Shown: positions 24,247-33,390 of the stretch, one piece after another
Numbering within the stretch: position 1 is the first letter of the stretch
Layout of the letters: each line of letters begins with the position of its first letter
IMG/VR virus record: IMGVR_UViG_3300027533_000005
Location: 1-50,279 of that record
Origin: a virus
Direction: 5' to 3' (one strand)
DNA: 50,279 nt
Notes under the pieces: model-generated
The model's input: only the letters and a program-made list of their open reading frames with translations
What the model was told of the DNA's origin: nothing
Database searches by the model: none
Program-made: the position numbers and the translations under genes

Positions 24247-27202
24247 ACGATGCACGCGGAGGTCGGGGGAGGCCAGATTTACTTGAGCCTCCTCCGATCT
24301 GCGCTGCTATACCAGAGCCTACAAATGGTATGGCCTGTGCTCCTTGCTTCAGTAGAGGATCGAACCTACCTGTACCACCAGGTTTATCTGTTGCAGCTTT
24401 GTAAGCTCCGTATCCTGCCTTGCCAACGTCAGAGATGACAGGCCCACCTATGAACTCTGCTAGACCTGAAGCCTTGCTACCAGAGCCTATAAGGTCGGCC
24501 ATAATACCAAGTGCCCACGCTTGACCTAGGTTAGCAAACACCCGCTCCAGTCCTTCCCCTCTATCTGAGATAGCCTGACCTGGACCTACTCCAGAAACAG
24601 TTCCCTTGATGCCAGCCTTGACATCTCCAATCCCCTCACCCATTGCAGTATATAGGGCAAGAGCTAGAGGGATGTTCCTTCCAGGATTCTCCATCACCGC
24701 ATCCCGTATGATACGTGTCTGAGTGAAGGCGTACTTCTTAAAGATGAGAGGTATCTCTGCAATAGGGTGGTGAGACCACATCTTCGGGAGGTCGATGCTC
24801 TGTGCGCGGCCTTGAGTTATCTCGGCCATACGACCGCCCGCGATACCCTGTTGTTCAGGTGTCAGAGATCCTTGCTTCAGAACCTTATCGATAGGTTCGA
24901 GCACGAGGTTCTCCAGTCTCGCGCGCGCTCGCTTGTTTGTTGGGTCTTTCTTTAGCTGAGTAAACAGGTCATTGGCTGTGGCCTTACCTGTTATAGACGC
25001 GACAGTTCGATTCAAGGTCTCTGACTTCTTCATCAGAAACAGCTTCGAGAGCGCACCTTCCCCACCCACCTCACGAAGTAGGTCTTGATTGATAGTCTGG
25101 AGCGCGCCTGTAGCTTCAGCCTCACCAACAGTTTTCTTGTAGTCTGTGATGACCTTCTTCAGCGCACCACCGTATGCCTTGAGATTACCACGTAGAGGTA
25201 CAGTCGCAAGCTGTGAGAAGTTGGAGATGGCGAAGTGGGATAGGTGCGCGGCGCTGACCACTTTCCTCGTTGCCTGATTGACAGCAGACCAGGATGGATT
25301 ACCTGTAGTTGCTACGTCCCTACCCAGATGCTTGCTGACGATCTCATTGATTCTTTTTGGGTCAGCAGTCTGGTTGATTAGTTTGCTGATTGGGCTTTGA
25401 TTATCTGCTATGTCGAGCGCCCCGAATTCGCGCGCCTCTGCGATCCTCTTACCCATGTCATTAAGGTGCATGTAGTCAACATCCAAGTCCAGACGATAAC
25501 CTGGAGCATTGCCTTGACGCTCATGAGTAGCAGAGATAAGGCGCTCACCAAACTGTGCTGAGTTTTCGACAGCCTGCCGTGCATCCTCAACAGTCCAACC
25601 TTCCTTTTCGAGCTGTGCTATAAAAGCATCCTTGTTCTTGACAAGGTTCTTCCTATCGTAGATGTGAGGCCAGTGATTCGTCCGCTCCCTAAAGGGAATG
25701 ATCTTGCCTTCGGCAGTTCTTAGACCTGCTCCAGAATCTTTCGCTGCTTGGACTACTTCCTTATCTATCACTGCTCTTGCATCCAGAGCTTTCTGGACGG
25801 CAGGGTCATTAGGAACTATTCCTTTGTCCCTGCTCTCGACATAGATCTTTACCTGCTCAGGTGTCAGTCCTGCGGTAGCTTCCTTAGCTCGCTTACCCCA
25901 TTCGCCACCCAGATAATCGCCAGCCAATCTGGTCTTTCTTATGAGCTGGGCGAGTACTGGTCCTGACTTACCAGAGTCTTCAATGACTGAGATATCACCC
26001 TTACCGACCTCAGCCGCAGCTTGCGCGCCTTTCACTCCTTGAACCTTTGCCTTGGCTCGCTGAAAGAGGGTAGTTTTCTGTGCAGCATCCTGTAGTTCCG
26101 GTATACCTGACGCTGCAGCTTTACCCACTGGCCCTGTATCTGCTGCGCCAGCAGCAACCTTGTTCTTATTGAAGGTTCCGACAGGAGGTCCCATCTTTGG
26201 TCTAGGGTCTGATACGAACTCACTTCCAGGAATGACCTCTCCCTCTGGACCGATAGTACCAGATACCTTAGGCTTACCTTCTGGGAATAGTCCAGCCTCA
26301 GGTCCAATGTCCCAGGGCATTGTGGGTTGAGCGTCAAATCCTAGTTTCTGCCTACCAATGACAGGCTGTAATATAGGTTGGGTAGTAGGGTCATGTACTC
26401 CGTAAGGACCAATCTCAGGACCGTATAGTTCCGTAGGTGGCTTAGGTGCCTCACGGAATGGTAGACCTGGCTGGTCAAATCCATAATCCATAGGCATCTG
26501 TGTAGGCTCAGGTCTTATACCGGGTCTTGCAGGTGGAGGTACATCTGGTAGTGCTGCCTCTCCCGCCTGAGCAGCGAGAGTTTTCTTTCCACCTCTAGCT
26601 CCAGCGAGGGCGAGCGCGCCAGCGAATAGACCTGAGCCAGCGGCATGACCGTAACGACCTTCACCAACGTCACGAGCCATCTGTGTAGCAGGAATACCTA
26701 GTCCAGCCTCAGGCAGAGTGGCTAGTGCTCTCCCAATAGACTTGAAGTTCTCACCACGCTGCTCATATCCATAGGCCTCTCTGCCACCCTGCATGAAAGG
26801 CTCAGTGACTCCTCCTACAAGTTCCTTTAATGCTCGCGCGCGATCCTGTATACCTGCCTCTGAGAAATCTAGGTTGGTTGGAGTTAGCTTACCGACATTA
26901 CTAGCGAAGTGTCCTATCCCTTTGAGACCCTCACCTATAGCCCCCAGGAATCCTGTATCTGGAGGCTTCTGTGGCTGAGCTGTCGGTAGCTGCATAGACT
27001 TGTATTCGTCTGGCAGCTCAGGAAGATCCGTACTAGGATAGTTCGGGCCTTGACTAGGACCTGCGGGCGGCGCACTTGGCGTGATACTCCTACGTCGTTG
27101 CATCCAATCCATGACATCTTTCTGGGTTGGAGCTTCAGGCTTATCCCAGTCCATGTCCAGGATTTCGCCATCGTAGTCTATCTGTATTCTTCTACCTGGC
27201 AT
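24218..27202 (-). CDS. Large virion/internal (ejection-type) protein candidate (994 aa), last leftward gene
   Basis: Size, Gly/Pro-rich N-terminal third, Gly-rich hydrophobic C-terminus, position after the other internal-protein-like genes. Confidence 0.5.
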   Translation of the reverse strand: MPGRRIQIDYDGEILDMDWDKPEAPTQKDVMDWMQRRRSITPSAPPAGPSQGPNYPSTDLPELPDEYKSMQLPTAQPQKPPDTGFLGAIGEGLKGIGHFASNVGKLTPTNLDFSEAGIQDRARALKELVGGVTEPFMQGGREAYGYEQRGENFKSIGRALATLPEAGLGIPATQMARDVGEGRYGHAAGSGLFAGALALAGARGGKKTLAAQAGEAALPDVPPPARPGIRPEPTQMPMDYGFDQPGLPFREAPKPPTELYGPEIGPYGVHDPTTQPILQPVIGRQKLGFDAQPTMPWDIGPEAGLFPEGKPKVSGTIGPEGEVIPGSEFVSDPRPKMGPPVGTFNKNKVAAGAADTGPVGKAAASGIPELQDAAQKTTLFQRAKAKVQGVKGAQAAAEVGKGDISVIEDSGKSGPVLAQLIRKTRLAGDYLGGEWGKRAKEATAGLTPEQVKIYVESRDKGIVPNDPAVQKALDARAVIDKEVVQAAKDSGAGLRTAEGKIIPFRERTNHWPHIYDRKNLVKNKDAFIAQLEKEGWTVEDARQAVENSAQFGERLISATHERQGNAPGYRLDLDVDYMHLNDMGKRIAEAREFGALDIADNQSPISKLINQTADPKRINEIVSKHLGRDVATTGNPSWSAVNQATRKVVSAAHLSHFAISNFSQLATVPLRGNLKAYGGALKKVITDYKKTVGEAEATGALQTINQDLLREVGGEGALSKLFLMKKSETLNRTVASITGKATANDLFTQLKKDPTNKRARARLENLVLEPIDKVLKQGSLTPEQQGIAGGRMAEITQGRAQSIDLPKMWSHHPIAEIPLIFKKYAFTQTRIIRDAVMENPGRNIPLALALYTAMGEGIGDVKAGIKGTVSGVGPGQAISDRGEGLERVFANLGQAWALGIMADLIGSGSKASGLAEFIGGPVISDVGKAGYGAYKAATDKPGGTGRFDPLLKQGAQAIPFVGSGIAAQIGGGSSKSGLPRPPRASSSLPRVPRP

Positions 27203-27210
27203 GACTCACC

Positions 27211-28515
27211 TCAGAACTTCAGTCCACCACCGCCCGGAGGAAGGTCGCTGAACTTGATTGGTCCTTGACCCATACCACCCATGTTAGGAGGCTGAACTCT
27301 TCTACCAGGAACTTGACCAACTCCGGGTCGTCGAGTTGTAATGACAGCTTGCTTAGCTCTTTCAACTTCAGCCAAGTAGTCTTTAGCATCCTGGCTGTTA
27401 ATGTCTACAGAGTTAGTTCCAAACCAGTTCCCAGGTTTTACAGGCATACCTTGTTCATTCAATGACCAGCCCTCGAACCTTGGATTTGTTCTTGCGACTT
27501 GCTGAGCAGCCATCGCATTGGCAGTAAAGTTTTCTCCGGCATTGACGAAGCCGGCAGCACCAGCATTCTGTGCAGCGATATCAGCTCGATACTCCCCAGT
27601 TGCAGCACCACGCTCTCCGGTCGCAACACGTCTTTCATTCAACGCATTGTTTATTGCATCCTGAGCTTGAGTTTGACCGAACTCTACCTGACGCTGATTC
27701 AGATTACCAATGCCAGTGTTGGCTGAAATTCGTCCAGTTTCTGCACCATATGCCTGGATGTTCGTGCCGCGCTCTCTATCAGCCTGCTGACGACCAGCCA
27801 TTGAGGGTCCGAAGTTTCTTCGCTCGCCAGAGGGATGAACCATTATAGTATTACCCTGTTCATCCGTGGTCTCCGACCAGTTCTTATTCTTCATATCATC
27901 GATTTGAGCTTGCCGATACAGCCTGTCAGTTTCGGCTTTCTGCTCATCGAGTTCTAGCCGACGTATATCTCTTGTTTCGAGTCTACCCTCTTTCGCTTGT
28001 TCTTGCAGTCTTCTGATGTATTCGATCTGGCCCTTGACATCCTGACTCTCGATGTCGGCCTGCTCCTTCAGCCCTGCGCCTTTCATCTGCCAGCTTTCGA
28101 GGGCGTTTCGATACGGCGCGTTGATTATCTGATCCCCGATGGCCGCGCCCATCTTTGGATCGTTGAATCCTCCAGCCGCGGCAGCGAGCGCGCCACCTAT
28201 ACGACGTGTCTGAGAAGGAGCATATTGCTCTCGCGACGGCATCTTGCCGATGTGTTCTCTGTATGCGGTAGAAGCCTGACCACCCTGCATCCTTTTGAGG
28301 GCCTGGGATAGTGGGTCAGCATCAGCCTCGGCAGACGTAGGTGCAGGAGCAGAGCTGTTCATCGGCTGATTGGCTGGGAGTTGAAAGACCCCCTTCGTCC
28401 TTTTGATGGCATCCAGCAATGGATCTACCTGTTGCTGACTATTGCCACCACCATCAAGGATGAATGCCATCCGACGCTTGTTGAAGGCGTTATCGCCAAA
28501 TAGATCTCTAGCCAT
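27211..28515 (-). CDS. Internal-virion-like protein (434 aa)
   Basis: ORF track; coiled-coil and Gly/Gln-rich. Confidence 0.5.
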   Translation of the reverse strand: MARDLFGDNAFNKRRMAFILDGGGNSQQQVDPLLDAIKRTKGVFQLPANQPMNSSAPAPTSAEADADPLSQALKRMQGGQASTAYREHIGKMPSREQYAPSQTRRIGGALAAAAGGFNDPKMGAAIGDQIINAPYRNALESWQMKGAGLKEQADIESQDVKGQIEYIRRLQEQAKEGRLETRDIRRLELDEQKAETDRLYRQAQIDDMKNKNWSETTDEQGNTIMVHPSGERRNFGPSMAGRQQADRERGTNIQAYGAETGRISANTGIGNLNQRQVEFGQTQAQDAINNALNERRVATGERGAATGEYRADIAAQNAGAAGFVNAGENFTANAMAAQQVARTNPRFEGWSLNEQGMPVKPGNWFGTNSVDINSQDAKDYLAEVERAKQAVITTRRPGVGQVPGRRVQPPNMGGMGQGPIKFSDLPPGGGGLKF

Positions 28516-29864
28516 TACAAATACCTCGGGTCTGTTTCATTAGCAGGTATCCTATAGCCAGATACACCAGAATTCTGATTACCACCACCGCCCATACCAC
28601 CGCTGAAGTAAGCTCCAGCACCAGTCGCAGCGGCATTGAGGAGGTCACGACCCCAACCCTGATCACGAGGCATAGCGCTCATACCTTGATTCCAGACGCC
28701 ACGAGATTCAAGACGATTACGGTCGTAGAGCGCAACCTCACCCGGTACGTCTGTTCTCAGATTGGCAAGGCCGCCTGCTCCAGCTAGCATATTGTCTGCA
28801 AGAAAGCTAGCTCTCCAACGTGCATCAGCAGACGATTGGGCTGAGGCAGCCAGACCACGACTAGCGGCAGCTTCAGCCATGCCTTCGAGACCTCTAGTTC
28901 CAGCCAACTGGTTGCCAGTCCGAAGTCCTTCCCAGTTAGCCTCATTTCCTGCCGCCGTACCTGCTGCACCAGCCCTGTTCCTCGCGATAGAATCTGCCAT
29001 GCCTGTTGTAGCAGACGTCACACCAGCCATACCTGCCAGCTTGTTTCTGCTCAGCAGATCCTGAAGGCCGGTCTCTGAGGTAGTCATTCCCTCAGTTCCC
29101 CACTGCCTACCTTTGTTGACAGCGTCCTTGATACCTAGTTCTGTGTCTCGTGCTGCGTCCGTAACACCTCGCGATTCATCTCTCGCAAGGCGTGACATGA
29201 GAGCGGCTTGACCCGGACCACCACCGCCTTGAACCCTACCGAGACGGTTGCCTTCCTCTCGGACTCGATTATAGAAAGCGGGTATTCCCGACGTGCCGCG
29301 CGCCCTAGCGTTAGCAATGTCCTGATCGTTGTACCCACCAGTGCGCTGAAACTCATCATAAACCCCCATCCCTCGGATGCGGTTTATTCCCTCGTCACTG
29401 ACGCCACCACCTGTAGCAAAGTTCTTATACTGACCAATGGCCTCGTTGACATTGCCAACTTGCTCAGGTGTCCAACCACCCGTGTTAGCTATGTCACCGA
29501 GTATGCCTTGATACTTCTTGAACTCTGTTGGATCTAGACCGCCAGACTCTCCCATGAACTTTCTATAGGAAGCCTCGGAGTCTCCCATTGCGTCACCAGA
29601 GGGGCCACCACCCGCACCACCACCTCCACCACCGCCGCCACCAAAACCCCCAGTCGCAGGATTAAAAGCGTAGGCTTGGTCTAGTAGGTTCTGACCACCG
29701 CCCTTGGCGAAATCCTGGTAGAGTTGGTTTGCTCCACCGTAGGCTTCGTTGGCTCTGCCATAAGCCTCAGCAGACCGCTGCTTTTGCTCACCTTCAAATT
29801 GCGTTTGATACGCAGTGTTTTGAGTGAGCTGTTTGTTGACTTCCTTTTTATTTCCGCCCATCAC
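28515..29864 (-). CDS. Gly-rich internal-virion-like protein (449 aa)
   Basis: ORF track; contains GGFGGGGGGGGGAGGG; start/stop overlaps on both sides. Confidence 0.5.
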   Translation of the reverse strand: MMGGNKKEVNKQLTQNTAYQTQFEGEQKQRSAEAYGRANEAYGGANQLYQDFAKGGGQNLLDQAYAFNPATGGFGGGGGGGGGAGGGPSGDAMGDSEASYRKFMGESGGLDPTEFKKYQGILGDIANTGGWTPEQVGNVNEAIGQYKNFATGGGVSDEGINRIRGMGVYDEFQRTGGYNDQDIANARARGTSGIPAFYNRVREEGNRLGRVQGGGGPGQAALMSRLARDESRGVTDAARDTELGIKDAVNKGRQWGTEGMTTSETGLQDLLSRNKLAGMAGVTSATTGMADSIARNRAGAAGTAAGNEANWEGLRTGNQLAGTRGLEGMAEAAASRGLAASAQSSADARWRASFLADNMLAGAGGLANLRTDVPGEVALYDRNRLESRGVWNQGMSAMPRDQGWGRDLLNAAATGAGAYFSGGMGGGGNQNSGVSGYRIPANETDPRYL

Positions 29865-30247
29865 AACTCCTTTACCAAAAGCTCACCCGGCTTATATGCC
29901 TGAAAGAAATGATAATGCTTCTGCATTAGAAGTGCGAAGTTTGGATCAGTAATAAAGACATACATCTCTTGCAAACCTGCCTGCTCCGTCCCACGAAAGG
30001 CCTCACGCATCAAGAGCTTGAGCGCGCCGATCCTGGTACGAAGCGAGGCAGATTTGTCGAGAAACATCATGCCTTCCGCAAAGAGCTTGACTTGTCCGTA
30101 GCCTACGATCTTGCTGTTGTGTTCCACAACAGCGTCAACTATCGACGTTCTTCTGTTCGGAAGGCCGTACAAGTCTGCATGGTAATCATCCCAGATTTTA
30201 CTGATTTCTGGAACGTCCTCCCAGCGGAAAGACCGAAGCTCCATCAC
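29861..30247 (-). CDS. GNAT-like acetyltransferase candidate (128 aa)
   Basis: Size and pattern (IVGYGQV...LRTRIGALKLLMREAF...); motif A is imperfect. Confidence 0.4.
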   Translation of the reverse strand: MMELRSFRWEDVPEISKIWDDYHADLYGLPNRRTSIVDAVVEHNSKIVGYGQVKLFAEGMMFLDKSASLRTRIGALKLLMREAFRGTEQAGLQEMYVFITDPNFALLMQKHYHFFQAYKPGELLVKEL

Positions 30248-30900
30248 TCACCTTTTTCGATGGTCAAGGATTCCCAGGCATGAGGATCGCCTGTCTTACC
30301 AATCCAGTTGATTGGTGCATCTGGCGACGTTGGTCCTCCACCCTTGATACCTGCGAGCAAACCTGAATTGGTCCGGAGCGCGATCTTGTCGCCCAGCTTG
30401 ACACCAGTGAACTGCGCAAGCGAAGCGTCAATCATGGCCTGAACCTGAGCCTCTGTCAGTCCACCAGTTGCTGGAGGTTGAGTTCCTCCTTGAGCACCCT
30501 GTACAGGAGCATACTCATTGCCAGCAACCCAATAGAAAGCCCACACCAAACCACCGCTTTTCGCATTGAAGTTCTCTTTCGCGTTCCTTGTCTTGCTGTA
30601 GGTCTGAGCTGCGTCGTCGAGGTACTGCATACAACGAGTGTAGTAACCCAGCTCGTCGGGGATGGCGGTCGGGAGGAACATACGACCCTTCGGCCCACCC
30701 GAGTACTGCTGAGTGAAAGCGAAGTAGGGCATCGAGGCGTCAGGCCTGACGTTGGGACCATAGCCGGGAGGAAGTCCGCAGCTATTCATGACAGTTTCCC
30801 AATCATTGGCAGGCTGACCAATGACCTTACCAATACCCTGAAAGAACCACTGCTTGGCTTCTTCCTCTGTCTGAGGACAACGACTCATGTCAAATGGCAT
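30244..30900 (-). CDS. Hypothetical protein (218 aa) in the rSAM cassette
   Basis: ORF track; ATGA overlaps. Confidence 0.5.
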   Translation of the reverse strand: MPFDMSRCPQTEEEAKQWFFQGIGKVIGQPANDWETVMNSCGLPPGYGPNVRPDASMPYFAFTQQYSGGPKGRMFLPTAIPDELGYYTRCMQYLDDAAQTYSKTRNAKENFNAKSGGLVWAFYWVAGNEYAPVQGAQGGTQPPATGGLTEAQVQAMIDASLAQFTGVKLGDKIALRTNSGLLAGIKGGGPTSPDAPINWIGKTGDPHAWESLTIEKGE

Positions 30901-32227
30901 GTTTGCTCTCCAATAGTAACGCTCTGTAATTGTCGTTCTTGACTGCTGTCACTACAGTGAAATATGGATCTGTGTAGTACTCTAGACCCTCACGCCATTC
31001 ACCATAGTTGTAGAGAAGTAGTCGTTTTGAGTACTGTGAAATCACCTCCATAAGGGCTGTACCCTTGTAAGGATCAACCTCGAATAGGCGTTGGGACGAG
31101 AGCAGAACTAGATCTACTTTCTCCCACTCGCGGAAGCTAAAGATGTCAGAACAGTAGGGAATGACACCCGGAACTATGTCCTCGATGACTGCCGTATTTG
31201 AATCGACACCAAGCAATTTCGTATTTGGATGCGCGGCCTGAATCCTCTTGAGGAGTATGCCATTACCACAACCTAGGTCTAGAACCTTGCCATGAACCTT
31301 AGCATCTGATAGGACCGAGACGATGAACGAGTGCGCCGCGCTCATATCCGATTTGGATTTGAAGCCGTTGAAAAACAATCGAGATGTCACGACGTTCTGG
31401 AATGGAAACTTATTCCCGCTCGCACCATGTGCAGGGTATAGCTCACTGTCCAGTCGTAACGTAGCCTTGGTAGGCAAGGGATCAGATGCGTAGATGGTCT
31501 TGAGGATAGGAGTAGTTACCATCGCTACACCATGGAGAGAAGTCCACTCCATAGGCATAACGAGTAGCTGCTGCAACCAATCCGCAGGCATCATCAGACC
31601 CTCTGTATGCATCATGACGCCAATGATCTTCGCACCTATCTTCACGCTCTCCTGACAGTTTACACTACAAGGAAGATGAAAGACTCCACGTATACCAATG
31701 TGCCGTAGTAGAACATTGTTATACATCAAGTTTCTCTGAAGAGGCTGACCATACGAATGGATCGTTAGGTCTCGCCATCCTTCTTTCTTCCAATGCGTAA
31801 CAAAGGATGCAGTACAACAATCTGGAAAACCAAGCATATGACCAATAGCAAGGTCAGCCTGAGCTTTCCAAGCATCTATAAACTTCTCAGGTTCTAGACC
31901 AAAATACACTCTGTAGGTAAATCTCTCTCCTGCTACGTAGGGTATCGACGCATTACCGTAGCTTTCTGTCGCGCCGTCCAACCCAACGATCGCCATCGGA
32001 ATGTTTTTGGCGAGCGCCCAGTTCTGTACATCTGGTAGCTCTTCAGGTGTGACGCTCTGCAACACACCGGGACGCATACCCTGCAATAGCGTGAGGCGCT
32101 CGATAGCATGCCAACTTGCAGAGATACTTCTAATCTTAGGCTCCCAGTATTCCCTTGCATGCTCCGACACCCACACAGTCCGAAGGAAATCTGGAATTGT
32201 AAAGTCTAATCTTTCTAGTTTGCCCAC
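30890..32227 (-). CDS. Cys-rich N-terminal domain fused to a class I SAM-dependent methyltransferase
   Basis: GFPDCCTASF...HLPCSVNC in the N-terminal ~290 aa; motif I KVLDLGCGNGILL in the C-terminal domain. Confidence 0.7.
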   Translation of the reverse strand: MGKLERLDFTIPDFLRTVWVSEHAREYWEPKIRSISASWHAIERLTLLQGMRPGVLQSVTPEELPDVQNWALAKNIPMAIVGLDGATESYGNASIPYVAGERFTYRVYFGLEPEKFIDAWKAQADLAIGHMLGFPDCCTASFVTHWKKEGWRDLTIHSYGQPLQRNLMYNNVLLRHIGIRGVFHLPCSVNCQESVKIGAKIIGVMMHTEGLMMPADWLQQLLVMPMEWTSLHGVAMVTTPILKTIYASDPLPTKATLRLDSELYPAHGASGNKFPFQNVVTSRLFFNGFKSKSDMSAAHSFIVSVLSDAKVHGKVLDLGCGNGILLKRIQAAHPNTKLLGVDSNTAVIEDIVPGVIPYCSDIFSFREWEKVDLVLLSSQRLFEVDPYKGTALMEVISQYSKRLLLYNYGEWREGLEYYTDPYFTVVTAVKNDNYRALLLESKHAI

Positions 32228-33390
32228 TCTGGTTTCTCCGTTAGAATTGTAGCTCTAATACCATCTGTATGATCCCCATGAGAATCCCCGTGAGGAGTAT
32301 CACCGTGGCTGTTCACCGGATGAACACCTGCTAGTATCCTATCGACAATCTTCTGCTTCTTATCACAACAGAGGATTCTTACACTTTTATCACTACGTAG
32401 ATCTAATTCAATCTTCTCAAAGAGAGAGTACCAGAGTCTGCAATTAACTGTGCGGTTTCTCCAGTCGCCGTCAATTGATGTGCCTGGACAGTGACCCTTG
32501 CAGAAAGCGAAGTATTTACAATCTCTACAACCACCATGCTCTTGAGGCGTGTAATAAAGTCCAATATATCTCTCATTTCCTGGTCGGTCGGCTTTGACCC
32601 AGTTGACTCCGTCCTTGTTAGTTCTACCACAATTTGACATAACACCATTTGGAGAAACTCCTTGAACCGCAGCGGTTGTAATTGGGTCGCAACTATTCCA
32701 CACGCACGATACCTGAGGCTGTTCTTCAGTTAGAAGTCTCTTGATGTCAATGAAGGGCGCAACTTGTATCTTTGCTGTCTTCGACCACTCATAGAGTTCT
32801 AGGAAGGTTTCGATTTGTCTTTCTTCGGAGAGGGCGAGATCACGTCTTCCACAATCGATTTCCATCTCGTGTAGATTAAGATACCTGATACCACCCCTAC
32901 TAAGATGATCGAACCAGTTACACAAAGCAGGAATATCATTGTTCCCCCTATGTATGGTGCAAATGATAGAGGTATTGATACCTTGCTTGAATAGCTTGTA
33001 AATGGCCTCTTCAGTTTTCTCTGTCAGTTCATCAGTGCAGCGAACTCGATTCATCTTGCCAGGACCATCGATCGAGATACCTACTTGCACTGCGTATCGA
33101 GAGAATAGTTCTATGTGCTTATCGGTAATCAACGACCCGTTTGTTTGAATCCCATTACGACCAAACTTCTCAAATCCATAAGCCCAGACCTCTTCGAGGT
33201 GTTCGACGGGCGCGAGCAAAGGCTCACCGCCGAAGACCGAGAAGTCAGAACCTAGTCTTTCAAGTTGTGCCTTGACCTTAGACCAGTCCCTTGGAACATT
33301 GATGTTCCCTGCCTCACGCATAGGGTCTTGATAGCAATAGCCACAGGAGATATTGCAGGCAATCCCGACAGGTAGATACTCTATACTCAT
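32215..33390 (-). CDS. Radical SAM enzyme with C-terminal SPASM domain (peptide/protein-modifying maturase type)
   Basis: CX3CX2C (ACNISCGYCY, nt 33334-33357), FGGEPLL, IQTNGS, ISIDG. SPASM CX2CX5CX3C (CRDCKYFAFCKGHC) plus upstream Cys residues. Confidence 0.85.
   Translation of the reverse strand: MSIEYLPVGIACNISCGYCYQDPMREAGNINVPRDWSKVKAQLERLGSDFSVFGGEPLLAPVEHLEEVWAYGFEKFGRNGIQTNGSLITDKHIELFSRYAVQVGISIDGPGKMNRVRCTDELTEKTEEAIYKLFKQGINTSIICTIHRGNNDIPALCNWFDHLSRGGIRYLNLHEMEIDCGRRDLALSEERQIETFLELYEWSKTAKIQVAPFIDIKRLLTEEQPQVSCVWNSCDPITTAAVQGVSPNGVMSNCGRTNKDGVNWVKADRPGNERYIGLYYTPQEHGGCRDCKYFAFCKGHCPGTSIDGDWRNRTVNCRLWYSLFEKIELDLRSDKSVRILCCDKKQKIVDRILAGVHPVNSHGDTPHGDSHGDHTDGIRATILTEKPEWAN
32306..32330. 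repeat. 25-bp palindrome family member 6 (tGGCTGTTCA-ccgga-TGAACAcctg), inside the rSAM gene tail
   Basis: 6-bp perfect arms TGTTCA/TGAACA; encodes GVHPVNS on the minus strand. Confidence 0.75.

Noticed and set aside
24257-24296. GGAGGC-N13-GCCTCC hairpin as a bidirectional terminator at the convergence point
   Set aside because: No T-run on either side, and it lies within the C-terminal coding sequence of the 994-aa gene. It possibly contributes to termination but is not supportable from sequence alone.
29590-29650. GGN-rich DNA run encoding GGFGGGGGGGGGAGGG as a possible microsatellite or slippage site
   Set aside because: Codons are mixed (ggt/ggc/gga/ggg complements), not a pure tandem repeat. 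It is consistent with a Gly-rich linker in a Gly-rich protein.
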